Shown here one piece after another: positions 1 to 9,827 of a DNA stretch of 63,879 bases. The notes below the pieces were generated by a model that was given only the letters and a program-made list of their open reading frames with translations, ran no database searches and was not told the origin of the DNA. This stretch comes from a virus (Duplodnaviria; Caudoviricetes), in IMG/VR virus record IMGVR_UViG_3300010376_000007, positions 1 to 63,879 of that record; one strand, written 5' to 3'. Each line of letters opens with the position of its first letter. Position 1 is the stretch's first letter. A program made the translations under genes and the position numbers.

Positions 1-123
1 GCCTTGCGGCCCAGCGGCAGGCTGCCCTTGTCGTCGTGGGCCACGATCTCCAGCGGGCGCGGCACCTCCTGCATGAGCTTGCGTAGATTGGCCATATTCC
101 TGCTCCAGCATCAACAGGTCGCC
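1..123. repeat. Terminal direct repeat, identical to 63757-63879 (circular assembly overlap)
   Basis: Bases 1-123 match the last 123 bases exactly, and a minus-strand ORF reads in frame across the join. Confidence 0.95.
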
Positions 124-612
124 GCCGGTCTTGTCGGCAATCCTGGCGCCCAGCGCGCGGGCCATCAGGATCATGCGCGGCACGTCCGAGTCAGCGACCT
201 TGAACGACTCCAGGGTGTCCCAGTCGGGCGCCTCCTCGACGGCAACCACGTACAGGTCGCCGCGCCCGACGTACAGCGCCACACGCCGCTCGGGCGTGGC
301 GTCGACGGGCACGGCGTTCAGCGGGACCATCGGGCGGCGGCTGACCGGTCCAGCCGAAACGGGCTCGTCGTGTACTTGGGGCTCAGGCATCCAGGCATGT
401 CCATAATCGTGGTTGGGCACATGGTCTTCACCACATTGCCAGCAGGGCGGCGGGGGAATGCGCGACCTGTAGCCGGGCGTACCCGGCGTCATCGCCAGTG
501 AGTGCAGATCGCGCTGACCGTTGGGCAGGTTGCCCGCCGCGCGCAGCCCATCGACGGGTCCAGGGTTCTCGGGCCGCATGGCCCTGAACATGTCCAGCGC
601 ATCCCCCTGCAT
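1..612 (-). CDS. Hypothetical protein spanning the contig join (ATG 612 to 1, continuing 63756 to stop at 63682; ~228 aa)
   Basis: Manual translation MQGDALDMFRAMRP...CWQCGEDHMPNHDYGH...DLLMLEQEYGQ joins the track ORF 63682..63870; TAAACT lies 6 nt before the ATG. Confidence 0.75.
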   Translation of the reverse strand, partial: MQGDALDMFRAMRPENPGPVDGLRAAGNLPNGQRDLHSLAMTPGTPGYRSRIPPPPCWQCGEDHVPNHDYGHAWMPEPQVHDEPVSAGPVSRRPMVPLNAVPVDATPERRVALYVGRGDLYVVAVEEAPDWDTLESFKVADSDVPRMILMARALGARIADKTGGDLLMLEQEYGQSTQAHAGGAAPAGDRGPRRQGQPAAGPQG

Positions 613-621
613 GCCGGGAGT

Positions 622-2568
622 TTACCCTACTGGCCTGGGAGCGCCGCGCGTGTCGGGCGCCTGAGGGGTCATGCGACCCGACATGCGCGTCGCCCCACGC
701 GGGCGCGTCGTCTGCTGCAGGTTGCCGCCCGCCGCTGCAACACCATTGCCCTGATTCCCGCCTGGCATGCCCGGTGGTTGTTGTGTCCCCCCCTGCGGCG
801 CCATCGGGCTGGTCTGCGCCTGCTGCTGGGACACCAGTTTCTGGCTCAGCGCAATGAAACGTGGTGAATCCTCACCGAACCAGTTCTTGACGCGCTCCAG
901 TCCAACCTGTTCAATCACGAACGGCAGCGAGTCGACCGCCTCGCGCACCAGTTCGTCGAGCCATTCCTGCGGATTATCCGTTGCACCGGATAGCTCGATG
1001 CTCGTCCGGTGGGGTATCCACTTGTTCGCCTGCAGAGCCTGGAGGGCTTTCCACTGCTCCAGAATAGCCGGGTCCAACCGTCGACCGAGACTGACTTCCC
1101 AGCCGTCCCAGTAACCGTTGATATCCTGTGGGGATACAGTGACCTCTCCAAGGTCCTCACCATCACGGCTCTTGCCTGGGACCGGCAGGGTGAGCCGGTC
1201 TTGGAGGCAAACTTCCAACTCCATGGATGCGAGTTCGAGGGCGCGCGTAATGCCGCGTACCAGCGCATCCTTCGCGCTCTCGATCTTGAGGGTGCGCATG
1301 GACTGGATAGCCCACAACTGCTGCGCGCTGCGGGTACCCTCAGCGCTACGTGGACCCTGCGCGACACCATTACGCTGGATGTACTGGTCGACCACCGAAG
1401 CTGTGGACAGTAGCTCTTCAGGAACAGGCTGACCTTCGAGCATCGCCAGGTACTCACCGATGCGCTGGTCGATGGGGATGTACTGGCCGGGGCGGATCTC
1501 GATCTGGCGCCCATCCTTGGTCCAGCCCAGATACGTCCGCCAGGCATTGATGGCCAGCATCCAGATCTGCATGGTGAGCACGTTGCTCTCGATGGGGTAC
1601 AGCCCCGCCGCGTTGGTGAGCATACCCCGGTAGCGGCGCTCCATGTCCTCGAAGGTGAGTTCCCTGAACGGACAGATGACGTACGGAATGACCGGGTAGC
1701 CGTGCTCGGCCACGCCCCGGTAGTCGGTGCCTACGTGCGTCTCGAACAGCGGCTCGTCGTTCATCAGCAGGCTGCGGAAGCGGCCGATCCACACATCGTC
1801 GATCCACACCAGTTCGTCGGGGCTCATGCCGCGCAGGATGCGCTCGGTGTCCGCGTAGCGAGAAAACGCGTGCATCGCCTCGGCCTTGGAGGTCTGGTAG
1901 TGCTCGACCATGACCAGCATGGTGCCGTCGTCGGCTTCTTCCCAGCGGCAGGTGCGCGCGTCCCGGCGCTGGAAGAGGATCGGGTTGCGGCGCCGGTTGG
2001 CGACCTCCCAGATCTCTTCCGCGTCGGCCTCTTCCCAGGTCTCGACGCGCTGCTCGTACTCCTCGTCGCTCTCGTCGGTCAACTGCTCGGGCATCGGCCC
2101 GCGCGCCTGCAGCCCTTCAGGTTTCTGCGGCCACAGGCTGCGGTCGACCATGATGCGGAACACGCCTACCCGGCGAATGACCATGTCGGTCGGGATCTGG
2201 CGGAAGACATCCTTCTGCTTGCGCCAGTCGTGGATCAGGGCCTTACCAAGCCGCGTAAGCTTATCTGCCTGCAGTCGATACTTCTGGCGCGCCCGCGCGG
2301 GCCGCACACGCACGGATACATCAGGAGGAACCAGCGAGTCGATTGCCGCGTCGGCGTCTGCGGGTGCCGAACCGGTCTTGACCGCCAGCCTACCACCCGG
2401 CGACTCCACGTCGAACAGTTGGAAGTAGAGATCCTCTTCGTCCTCCTGGGCCTCATCCAGATCCCCCCATTTTGAGCACAGGTGGTCGCGCCAGTAGCGC
2501 ACTTCCTCGTACGTCGGCATGTCGTCGATGGCGTCGCGGTACGCGCCGTGTGCGTCCTGTAGTGTCAT
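622..2568 (-). CDS. Portal protein (podovirus-type)
   Basis: 648 aa downstream of TerL; helical/acidic body with a Q/G/P-rich C-terminal tail, typical size and position for a portal. Confidence 0.8.
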   Translation of the reverse strand: MTLQDAHGAYRDAIDDMPTYEEVRYWRDHLCSKWGDLDEAQEDEEDLYFQLFDVESPGGRLAVKTGSAPADADAAIDSLVPPDVSVRVRPARARQKYRLQADKLTRLGKALIHDWRKQKDVFRQIPTDMVIRRVGVFRIMVDRSLWPQKPEGLQARGPMPEQLTDESDEEYEQRVETWEEADAEEIWEVANRRRNPILFQRRDARTCRWEEADDGTMLVMVEHYQTSKAEAMHAFSRYADTERILRGMSPDELVWIDDVWIGRFRSLLMNDEPLFETHVGTDYRGVAEHGYPVIPYVICPFRELTFEDMERRYRGMLTNAAGLYPIESNVLTMQIWMLAINAWRTYLGWTKDGRQIEIRPGQYIPIDQRIGEYLAMLEGQPVPEELLSTASVVDQYIQRNGVAQGPRSAEGTRSAQQLWAIQSMRTLKIESAKDALVRGITRALELASMELEVCLQDRLTLPVPGKSRDGEDLGEVTVSPQDINGYWDGWEVSLGRRLDPAILEQWKALQALQANKWIPHRTSIELSGATDNPQEWLDELVREAVDSLPFVIEQVGLERVKNWFGEDSPRFIALSQKLVSQQQAQTSPMAPQGGTQQPPGMPGGNQGNGVAAAGGNLQQTTRPRGATRMSGRMTPQAPDTRGAPRPVG

Positions 2569-2984
2569 CGCGCCGCCGCCCGTCGTGCAGCCTGGTCGTC
2601 TCGATTGCAGCCCATGCAGCGCCGCTTCCCGTTACTGGGTTGGGTGTAGATGTTACCGGCTACCCACGGATGCAAGCCGCGCACACACAAGCCCCCTCGC
2701 TCACGTGCCCGAGAGTCAGTCCCCCGATACTGATTGACTTTCTTCGACACGTATTCCAGATGATCCGGATTTACACAGCACCGCACGTGGCAGACGTGGT
2801 CGCGCTCAGGGGAGCCCACCGGCAGGGGGGACAGCCACAGGTCGTACACCCGCAGGTTCTTCCTGTTGCGCTTGATTTCGGAGTACCCATTGGACGACAG
2901 CGCACCACCCCACAGCCAGCACCCGGTGTTGGGCTCGAAGCAGATCTTGTCCAAGACGCGGGGCTCGATCTCCGTTACCTGCAT
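2565..2984 (-). CDS. HNH homing endonuclease
   Basis: CWLWGG..NGY, DHVCHVRCCVNPDHLE, C-terminal CVRGLH...CMGC zinc motif; lies between TerL and portal. Confidence 0.9.
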   Translation of the reverse strand: MQVTEIEPRVLDKICFEPNTGCWLWGGALSSNGYSEIKRNRKNLRVYDLWLSPLPVGSPERDHVCHVRCCVNPDHLEYVSKKVNQYRGTDSRARERGGLCVRGLHPWVAGNIYTQPSNGKRRCMGCNRDDQAARRAAAR

Positions 2985-4972
2985 CAGCGTCCTGCCACGG
3001 TCAAGTACGAGGTCGGCTCGTACGAACCGCGCTCATGATAGCTGCGCACCTCCTGCAGGAACATCCGCCCGCGCGCCAGGGGCTGACGCGCCAGCACTTC
3101 GGGTGAGACCGGCTCTTCGAGCACGTCGGGGTCCGCGTCGTAGTCGGGCTCCAGATGCGTGTCGAGGTAGGAGTACGAGTCACTTTCCGGCTCACCCTCG
3201 AAGCGACGCTTGATCCACACGTAGTAACCCCACGCGTCCATGGCGTGGTTCATCCAATCGAGCGGCTTTTCCTTCAGATTCTCCTGATCGTTACGCCGCT
3301 TTGGATACCGGTACGCCTTGGCTTCTGCGATGAAGTTGTGACATCCTTTGTCTATTCTGATCCTGGCGCATGAGCGTAAATAGCTCAGTGTGTCACCGAC
3401 GATATCTTCTTCGTTCAGCCGCTCTTCAACTTCGATGGTCAGCAGGCGTTGTTCCTCGACGGGCATGCCCATGTCGGCGTCTTCGGGCAGCCCTTTGCTG
3501 TCCAGCACGAGGTTGACCATGGAGCGGTAGAAGCGGAAGAAGCGTACCGGGTCGCGCAACTGATTGCGCTGGAACGGGATGCGCTCCATGACCTCGGGCT
3601 TCTTCTCGACGATGTACGCGGGGAAGCCCATGCGCTGCCAGCGGCGCATCTCCTCGGGCTGCGCCGAATCGCAGATCATGTCCGAGATGCCCTCGATGCG
3701 CCACTGCGGCAGCAGCGCGCCGTCGGGCGAGATCTGCTGCGCCTGGATCCAGGGGCGCGAGCAGAGTAGCTCGGCCATCTCTTCGGTGCTCCGGTGGTCC
3801 TCGTAGATCTCGTCGAAGACCACCGTCATGTCGGTGTACTCCTGAATGGCCAGGATGCAGTAGGCGTTCGATCCGCCGGATGGGTCGACCGCCAGAATAA
3901 CCGGGAGGTCGGCATTATATTCAACATCCGTCACATGCACCCGCTCTTTGAACTCGGGGAACACCCGCTCCCGCGCGGCGGCTGGGATACCGCCGAACTG
4001 CTCAAGGAACTCGTACGGCTCCATCTCGCGGGCGGCTTGCTGGAGGGCGGGTGTCTGGCGACCCTGCGGGAAAGCGTAAAAGTTGATCTCGTAGGACGCG
4101 TCTTGGAACATTTCCCACGCCGCCTCGGTGCCGTTGCCGACCATGTCAGCACGAGCGTCGACGGCTTTCTGGTGGAAGAAATCACCTTCGCCTTCCCAGG
4201 AACTGATGAGCAGCGCCTGACCATTACGGTCCGTCAGCGGTGGGAGGATAGCCCGGGACCATGCCTCTGGGTAGATCTGCGCTGCTTCGTCAATGATCGC
4301 CAGGTCGATGGCTGCCCCGGCCGCCGTGTGTACGTCATCGAGTGAGACGCCCTCCAGTCGGGCGCCGTTTTCGAGGATGCACAGCTTCTCCTGATTGGTG
4401 TCCCGGACGACGCGGGTCTTGAACTGGTTGTCTCGGATCGACTGCATGACCTTGTCGAAGGAGCGGCTGACCAGGCGCATCGTCGGCGCCGCCAGCCAGA
4501 TCCAACTTCTTGGCCGCAGGATGGCCACGCCGATGGCTTCCATGGCAGCCTGGGTCGTCTTGCCGCCCCGGCGTCCCCAGGCCGCGATGCGGAAGCGGGC
4601 GCCGGAGCGGGTCAGGGCTTGCTGGCCCGTCCAGTGGCCAGGCATGCCGCGACTGGCCCACGTGGCGGTCTCGTCCTGCAGCGCGTGATACTCCCTGAGC
4701 CGGTCGTCGGCCGACTCGAAGCTGCCCACGTAGCGCACCCGCTCGCGGAGGCTGGCGCGGCCGTCCTCATCCAGCGGCACGTACAGTCCGTGCGGACGGT
4801 ACTTCAGGCGCTCGAACGCCTCGAAGCGCTCCTGGGGGGTGATCGGCAGGAACTGCGAGACGTTGGCCTTGGCGCGGTCTTCCCAGGCTGTCAGCCAGTC
4901 GTTGGGCGAGCCGCCCCTGGCCAGGCGAGAGAAGTCGAGCCCCGCCAGGCCAGGCAGCGTGGTCTGGGGCAA
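2984..4972 (-). CDS. terL: Terminase large subunit
   Basis: Walker A WGRRGGKT, Walker B AIIDEAA, coupling motif LISS, nuclease LAVDPSG and C-terminal NHAMDAWGY. Confidence 0.95.
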   Translation of the reverse strand: MPQTTLPGLAGLDFSRLARGGSPNDWLTAWEDRAKANVSQFLPITPQERFEAFERLKYRPHGLYVPLDEDGRASLRERVRYVGSFESADDRLREYHALQDETATWASRGMPGHWTGQQALTRSGARFRIAAWGRRGGKTTQAAMEAIGVAILRPRSWIWLAAPTMRLVSRSFDKVMQSIRDNQFKTRVVRDTNQEKLCILENGARLEGVSLDDVHTAAGAAIDLAIIDEAAQIYPEAWSRAILPPLTDRNGQALLISSWEGEGDFFHQKAVDARADMVGNGTEAAWEMFQDASYEINFYAFPQGRQTPALQQAAREMEPYEFLEQFGGIPAAARERVFPEFKERVHVTDVEYNADLPVILAVDPSGGSNAYCILAIQEYTDMTVVFDEIYEDHRSTEEMAELLCSRPWIQAQQISPDGALLPQWRIEGISDMICDSAQPEEMRRWQRMGFPAYIVEKKPEVMERIPFQRNQLRDPVRFFRFYRSMVNLVLDSKGLPEDADMGMPVEEQRLLTIEVEERLNEEDIVGDTLSYLRSCARIRIDKGCHNFIAEAKAYRYPKRRNDQENLKEKPLDWMNHAMDAWGYYVWIKRRFEGEPESDSYSYLDTHLEPDYDADPDVLEEPVSPEVLARQPLARGRMFLQEVRSYHERGSYEPTSYLTVAGR

Positions 4973-5311
4973 CTACATCCTGGGCGGCTTACCGGAGCCG
5001 CTCCTTGAGCGCGTACCGGAACTGGCCTTGGCCTTGGCCCGACTGGCAGCCGACGGCTTGGAGCCGGAAGCTTTCTTCTTGACGCCGCCCGACGGCAGCG
5101 AGGACTTCTTCTTGGGCGCGCCGCCGAGGGCGGGCGGCTTGGGCGGCGCGAACGGGTTGCCGCCCATCGGGCCACCGGGCGGCGGCGTCGGGCGCGGCGC
5201 GGGCGGACGCATCGGACCGGGACCGGGGCCTGTCGATCCCGGTGCGCCGAACGGCCCAGGCTGCGCCGCCGGGAAGGGGGGACCCAACGGCGGCTGGCGC
5301 GGGAAGCCCAT
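4973..5311 (-). CDS. Pro-rich, Lys-rich low-complexity protein
   Basis: ATG 5311 overlaps the upstream stop; MGFPRQPPLGPP...KKKSS... Confidence 0.6.
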   Translation of the reverse strand: MGFPRQPPLGPPFPAAQPGPFGAPGSTGPGPGPMRPPAPRPTPPPGGPMGGNPFAPPKPPALGGAPKKKSSLPSGGVKKKASGSKPSAASRAKAKASSGTRSRSGSGKPPRM

Positions 5312-5409
5312 CAGTACTTCTTCCCCTTGGAACTCGGCGTGCCGTGGCTGGAATTGCCCTTGGGCACGCAGCGGCCGCACGAGCCGCCCGACTTACTTGC
5401 TTTTGCCAC
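5311..5409 (-). CDS. Small basic peptide (32 aa)
   Basis: GGAGG 8 nt before GTG; MAKASKSGGSCGRCVPKGNSSHGTPSSKGKKY. Confidence 0.45.
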   Translation of the reverse strand: MAKASKSGGSCGRCVPKGNSSHGTPSSKGKKY

Positions 5410-5548
5410 GCTTGGTACCTCCTGCGTTGGTGATCTTGGCGGCTCTTTCTTTGCCGTACTTGGCCTTGAGCGCCTCGTACTGTTTGGGGTTCTTGACAAA
5501 CCCGCCCCGGGCGGTGGTGAAGCCGCTACCGCTCTTCTTCCAGGGCAT
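5393..5548 (-). CDS. Small basic protein (51 aa)
   Basis: Manual translation MPWKKSGSGFTTARGGFVKNPKQYEALKAKYGKERAAKITNAGGTKRGKSK; abuts the upstream stop. Confidence 0.65.
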   Translation of the reverse strand: MPWKKSGSGFTTARGGFVKNPKQYEALKAKYGKERAAKITNAGGTKRGKSK

Positions 5549-5671
5549 TCAGGCTCTCACATTGATCCACACGATAAACACAGCCAGCAGGATAATCATG
5601 AGCAATAGCGCGATGAAGAAGAAGAGGGCAGGCCCAGACTCGGCCTGGCCTTCTCGATAGGGCTGCTTCAC
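5549..5671 (-). CDS. Small single-TM membrane protein, possible lysis accessory or holin-like
   Basis: GTG start; ...ALFFFIALLLMIILLAVFIVWINVRA; follows the peptidase gene. Confidence 0.45.
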   Translation of the reverse strand: MKQPYREGQAESGPALFFFIALLLMIILLAVFIVWINVRA

Positions 5672-5698
5672 GGTGCATTAGACCCCCTCCAAGCATCG

Positions 5699-6184
5699 CT
5701 AGGTAAGCCATACCACCGAAAAACCGCCCAGCCTCGCAAAATCATCACGTGAAACATTGTCCCACACCGACTTGTAGCCGGGCGCCGAGTTGGCGACCCA
5801 GATCGTGTCGCCCTGCACGCCGCGAATGCCCACCCAGTGATACCACGCTGCGCCGGACATCATGCCAGGCCCATCCATCGCGTGCGCGTACGTCTGGTCG
5901 AAGTCGAGCCAGCCCTGCTCCGAATCCTGGCCATAATCAGACAGCACACGCTGAAGCTGAGCGCCACTGCCGTCCATAAGCCCATAGGTGGAATTGATAT
6001 TGTTCGGATAGCCGATCTCGTAGACGGTGCTTTCGCGCGAGGCATATATGTCTGACGGTACCACCAGCCCGGTGGCGCGCTTGAGCCAGTCCAGGCTGCA
6101 GGCCGAGCAGGTCCAGTCGTACAGTTGCCCGGGCTGTGAGGTCCAGGGGTCGTACCACGCGGCGGGTGGGGGTTCGGCGCCATC
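5699..6184 (-). CDS. C39-like (papain-fold) cysteine peptidase domain, candidate endolysin or maturation protease; probably expressed by +1 frameshift from the upstream ORF
   Basis: QPGQLYDWTCSAC (Cys), WYHWVGIRG (His), IWVANSAPG; the Cys motif lies upstream of the first in-frame start codon (GTG 6064). Confidence 0.7.
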   Translation of the reverse strand, partial: DGAEPPPAAWYDPWTSQPGQLYDWTCSACSLDWLKRATGLVVPSDIYASRESTVYEIGYPNNINSTYGLMDGSGAQLQRVLSDYGQDSEQGWLDFDQTYAHAMDGPGMMSGAAWYHWVGIRGVQGDTIWVANSAPGYKSVWDNVSRDDFARLGGFSVVWLT

Positions 6185-6365
6185 AAAAGGGTGTCCGCTG
6201 GGTGCGGTTGTCCTCCTGATACCAGTAGTACACCCCGTCGGTGGCGAAGGTCATGCTGATCTTGCGGCCCTCGTCAAGCACAATATAGCGCTCGTCGCTC
6301 CTCGGCTCGGCGCCGTTGTCGGCAATCGCCTGGGCGACGCCGGGTCCCACGCTGAAGTCGCTCAT
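6183..6365 (-). CDS. 60-aa protein, putative N-terminal part of the frameshifted peptidase
   Basis: ATGA overlap with the upstream gene; ends CCC TTT TGA. Confidence 0.75.
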   Translation of the reverse strand: MSDFSVGPGVAQAIADNGAEPRSDERYIVLDEGRKISMTFATDGVYYWYQEDNRTQRTPF

Positions 6366-6748
6366 GGTGTCGCTCCCGTAGTCAGCAGCGTGTCGGAGCC
6401 GATCCACGTGTTACCCAGCCCATCGACGCAGTACGCGGCGGTGTGGTACTGGGTGTTGGGCTGCAGATCGTCCCCGCAGATGGTGATCGCGGCGCTGGGG
6501 CCGGGCACAAGCTTGGTCTTACGGTCGTAGCCGTACGCGTTGCGGCCCCACATGATGCCGACCTTCGAGCCGGTGGTCATCGCCGCGTTGCCGGCAGCCA
6601 CCAGGGTGACCGTGGTCGTGGCCGCGTTGCTCTTGACGTTGGTCCACGTCATGGTGGCGAAGCGGCCGACCAGATACGAGTAGTCGGTCGACCAGTCGTA
6701 CATGCTCCAGCCGAATACCCCGGCGGCTTTGCCATTGGCACTCGGCAT
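6362..6748 (-). CDS. Putative virion protein with beta-rich (FN3-like) fold
   Basis: T/A/G-rich; LQPNTQYH resembles the FN3 L-x-P-x-T-x-Y signature. Confidence 0.55.
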   Translation of the reverse strand: MPSANGKAAGVFGWSMYDWSTDYSYLVGRFATMTWTNVKSNAATTTVTLVAAGNAAMTTGSKVGIMWGRNAYGYDRKTKLVPGPSAAITICGDDLQPNTQYHTAAYCVDGLGNTWIGSDTLLTTGATP

Positions 6749-7236
6749 CAGGGTGTCGGGTAGGTGGTCATCTTGGGGTTGTACTGCGCCCAGGTGTAGC
6801 TGGACCAGTTGCCAATACCTGCACCACCGGCGGGGCGGGTGCCGTCACCGAACATGTTCCAGCGCACGGGCACAGCCTTCTGGTTGGCGACGGTGCGCGC
6901 GGCGGAGATGCGCACCGTGCCCTGGTACGGCCGCAGGGTGGGCGGCGGCGCCGTGACGCTGGTGATCTCAAAGCCCATCACCTTGCCCTGCGGGTTGGCG
7001 CTCACCGGGGACAGGGTGTACTGAAAGGTGCGCGTACCGACCGCCGCCGCTGCCTCGGTGCCGCCCGCGCTGACGCTGGGGTTCTGGGTGTCCCAGATCC
7101 TGAAGTTGAGTTGCACCGACTGGTCGGTGGTCACCGAGAAGGTGACCACCGTGCCGGCCGCGTTGGGCGTGGCAATGACGTTGCTGAGCGTGACGAAGCC
7201 CGCCGGTCCCGCCACGATAGCCAGCGGCATGGTCAT
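6748..7236 (-). CDS. Putative virion protein (beta-rich)
   Basis: T/A/V-rich 162 aa; translationally coupled in the late operon. Confidence 0.6.
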   Translation of the reverse strand: MTMPLAIVAGPAGFVTLSNVIATPNAAGTVVTFSVTTDQSVQLNFRIWDTQNPSVSAGGTEAAAAVGTRTFQYTLSPVSANPQGKVMGFEITSVTAPPPTLRPYQGTVRISAARTVANQKAVPVRWNMFGDGTRPAGGAGIGNWSSYTWAQYNPKMTTYPTP

Positions 7237-7691
7237 GCTTGCGGCGCCTCTTCAGCGGGCGCTTCCGCTTCCTCAGCAGGGGCGTCATCGACGGGCTCCG
7301 CCACGCTGGGCTCAGCTTCGACCGGAGCGGTCGCGTAGCTGATGGCCCCCTCGGTGCCCTCGACCGGGACGCGCGGCCCCATCGAGATCTGCGGCGTGTT
7401 GGGCACAATGTCGGTCGGGGACTGGGACTCGACGACGACGTTGCGCGTGCGCGCGGCGAACTCGGCGTCGCCTTCGCCCCGCTCGCGCACGTGCTGCAAA
7501 TCCTCGCCTGGCGGGGCGATGGCGCCCAGCGGCTCGTCGGGGCCTGGCGTCGTCTCGGGCTGGTTCTGGATCGGCTGCCCGCTGGCGTCGGTCTGCGTAC
7601 CCGGTTCGACATAGCCCGGGTCGCCAGGTTCGAGAATGACTTCGTCGCCGGAGTCGGTTTGCTGGACGTTGGGATCGGTCACGAGAACCAC
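7233..7691 (-). CDS. Acidic low-complexity hypothetical protein
   Basis: E/D/P-rich; coupled starts and stops. Confidence 0.65.
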   Translation of the reverse strand: MVLVTDPNVQQTDSGDEVILEPGDPGYVEPGTQTDASGQPIQNQPETTPGPDEPLGAIAPPGEDLQHVRERGEGDAEFAARTRNVVVESQSPTDIVPNTPQISMGPRVPVEGTEGAISYATAPVEAEPSVAEPVDDAPAEEAEAPAEEAPQA

Positions 7692-7692
7692 C

Positions 7693-9168
7693 TCATGGTT
7701 GAATGGCTACCAGGGTCTGAAACTGGCTGGCCGTGAACGGGGCGGCCTGCTGGCCTCCGGTGTGAATAAGCATGCCGTACGGACAGTCGGGCAGGAAGTG
7801 CCACTGGCCAGGGCCTGCGCCCGTCGGCACCTGATCTCGCAGAGGCGTCGGTCCACCGACTGTGCCCAGCACATGCAGGTTCAGCAGATTGTAGTACGCG
7901 TCCCACACCCCCAGGACCACGGCGGGCTTGCAGAGCCCGTAGCGGTCGAAGGTGTTCTCGGCGGGACGCCAGTGGACGATGGAGCCGATGGCCAGCACCG
8001 GGTTGCCATACGGGTCGCCTGGTGCGCCCTGCGGTCCGCGCGGCCCGGTCGGCCCCTGCGGGCCTGACGGGCCAGTAGGGCCAACCGCCCCCGGAGCCCC
8101 CGGCAGCCCCTGCGGGCCTGGCGCGCCCGTGGGTCCCTGGATGCCGGGGTCACCCTGCGCGCCCTGCGGCCCAGCGGGGCCTTCGATGGGTCCCAGGTCG
8201 AGCCACGCGGTGCCCGTCGAGTACCAGATGTGGCTGTCGTTGAGCGTCTGGTAGGCGTTGCCGACGGGCTGCGGCTGGGACGGCAGCGCGTTGGCGTCGT
8301 TGACCTGGCCCTTGATGGTGTACCCCAGCCCGGGCGGGCCGGTCGGTCCTGTGGGGCCTGCGGGGCCGACCGGCCCCTGGACGCCCTGCGTACCCTGCGG
8401 ACCAGGCACGCCTTGCGGGCCGATGGGACCCTGGATCCCGGCGGGTCCCACTGGACCCTGGACGCCCTGCGGTCCCTGCGCGCCCGTGGCGCCTGTCGCG
8501 CCGGTATCGCCCGTGAACCCCCTCGGACCCTGCGGGCCATCGGCGCCCGTGGCCCCCGTCGGTCCCGTCGGCCCCGGGATGCCCTGGGGTCCCTGAGCGC
8601 CGGTGTTGCCGATGGGTCCCTGGCTACCCGTGGCGCCTGTCGGCCCCTGGGCACCCGTTGCCCCCGTCGGCCCCTTCAGGTTACCCCGATTGGTCCACGT
8701 CGAGCTTGCTGTCTTCTCGTAGAAGTCGCCCGTGCTGCCGTCGAGGTACCAGTCGTTGGTGGCTCCCAGCGCGCCCGCAGGCGCGCCGACGCCGGTGAAC
8801 CACTTCTCACCGGGGGTGCCCTGCGCGCCCGTGGCGCCGGTGTCGCCCGTCGGTCCCTGCGGGCCGGTAGCGCCGGTAGCGCCCTGCGGCCCGGTGGCAC
8901 CCTGCGGCCCGGTAACTCCCTGCGGCCCCTGTGCGCCCTGCGCGCCGGTAGCGCCCTGCTGCGCCAGCAGGGTCCAGTTGGTGCTGGGCGGCGCCGAGTT
9001 CGAGTTGCTGGTGACGCACACGTAGCTGGAGCCGCCCGAGAAGACCGCGTCACCGGGGTTGTAGGTGGTGGCCGCTGACCAGTTTCCCAGCCAGTTGATG
9101 GTCGGGACGGCGAGCGTGTCGTAGGTGGTGACGACGCTGGTGATCGGCGCGGCCTGCGGCTGGGTCAC
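7693..9168 (-). CDS. Collagen-like (Gly-X-Y) fibre protein with an N-terminal CBM5/12-like motif
   Basis: [22 protein letters not shown]; three GPQ/GAT triplet blocks separated by small knob domains. Confidence 0.85.
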   Translation of the reverse strand: MTQPQAAPITSVVTTYDTLAVPTINWLGNWSAATTYNPGDAVFSGGSSYVCVTSNSNSAPPSTNWTLLAQQGATGAQGAQGPQGVTGPQGATGPQGATGATGPQGPTGDTGATGAQGTPGEKWFTGVGAPAGALGATNDWYLDGSTGDFYEKTASSTWTNRGNLKGPTGATGAQGPTGATGSQGPIGNTGAQGPQGIPGPTGPTGATGADGPQGPRGFTGDTGATGATGAQGPQGVQGPVGPAGIQGPIGPQGVPGPQGTQGVQGPVGPAGPTGPTGPPGLGYTIKGQVNDANALPSQPQPVGNAYQTLNDSHIWYSTGTAWLDLGPIEGPAGPQGAQGDPGIQGPTGAPGPQGLPGAPGAVGPTGPSGPQGPTGPRGPQGAPGDPYGNPVLAIGSIVHWRPAENTFDRYGLCKPAVVLGVWDAYYNLLNLHVLGTVGGPTPLRDQVPTGAGPGQWHFLPDCPYGMLIHTGGQQAAPFTASQFQTLVAIQP

Positions 9169-9509
9169 GCGATGCCTAGCCAGGCACCCGCGTTCTTGAA
9201 GTACACGTGGGTTGCTCCAGCACCACCACCGTCTTGCCGGAAGTAAAAGTCGCCGTTGACGCCGAGCCCCGCCGCTGGCACGCCCGTGCCGCCGCGCAGC
9301 GTCACGTTGCCGACGATCAGGCTGGTCGTGGCGGTCACCGTACCGGCAGACGTGCTGGCCAGCGGCGGCGCCCCCGGGACGCCGAGCACCGTCGCCTGGG
9401 TGGCCATGATGGCGTCGGCTATCTCCTTCTCGCCGCTGATCTCGTCGACGGCATTCGGAAACAGGGAGCCGGTGTAGGTTGGGTTATTGGCGGGGTAGGG
9501 TGCTGGCAT
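9165..9509 (-). CDS. Small virion fibre-associated protein
   Basis: [20 protein letters not shown] resembles the knob in the adjacent collagen protein ([18 protein letters not shown]). Confidence 0.65.
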   Translation of the reverse strand: MPAPYPANNPTYTGSLFPNAVDEISGEKEIADAIMATQATVLGVPGAPPLASTSAGTVTATTSLIVGNVTLRGGTGVPAAGLGVNGDFYFRQDGGGAGATHVYFKNAGAWLGIA

Positions 9510-9682
9510 GGATCACCTCCGGTGCCGGATGGTCGTAGGGAATGACGCGGTACTGGACGCCCTTGAGCACATGTCTGGTCCAGACCATATACGCCCCGAA
9601 GTAGTCGTAATGGCCCGCGCAGATAAGCCGCCCTCCGGTCCGGTGGCAGCGCCCCTCGACGGCCAGGGCTGCCTGCAGGCCA

Positions 9683-9827
9683 TCAGACCAGCCGGGCAAC
9701 GGCTAGCCCGTCGATGAGCAGGCCCACCTTCAGGTCAACCTGCGAGATGGCCATGAAGACCACGTCGACGACCAGCACGATGATGGCGATGATGGCGCCG
9801 AGCCGGAGAGGTTTGATTGACTCTCAT
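9683..9827 (-). pseudogene. Holin-like two-TM protein with a frame break near its 5' end
   Basis: Hydrophobic frame LGAIIAIIVLVVDVVFMAISQVDLKVGLLIDGLAVARLV has no upstream start; the RBS-backed ATG 9827 is one base out of frame. Confidence 0.4.

Noticed and set aside
8000-8960. Repetitive DNA as a CRISPR array or satellite
   Set aside because: The 9-bp periodicity is explained by collagen Gly-X-Y codons; there is no repeat-spacer structure
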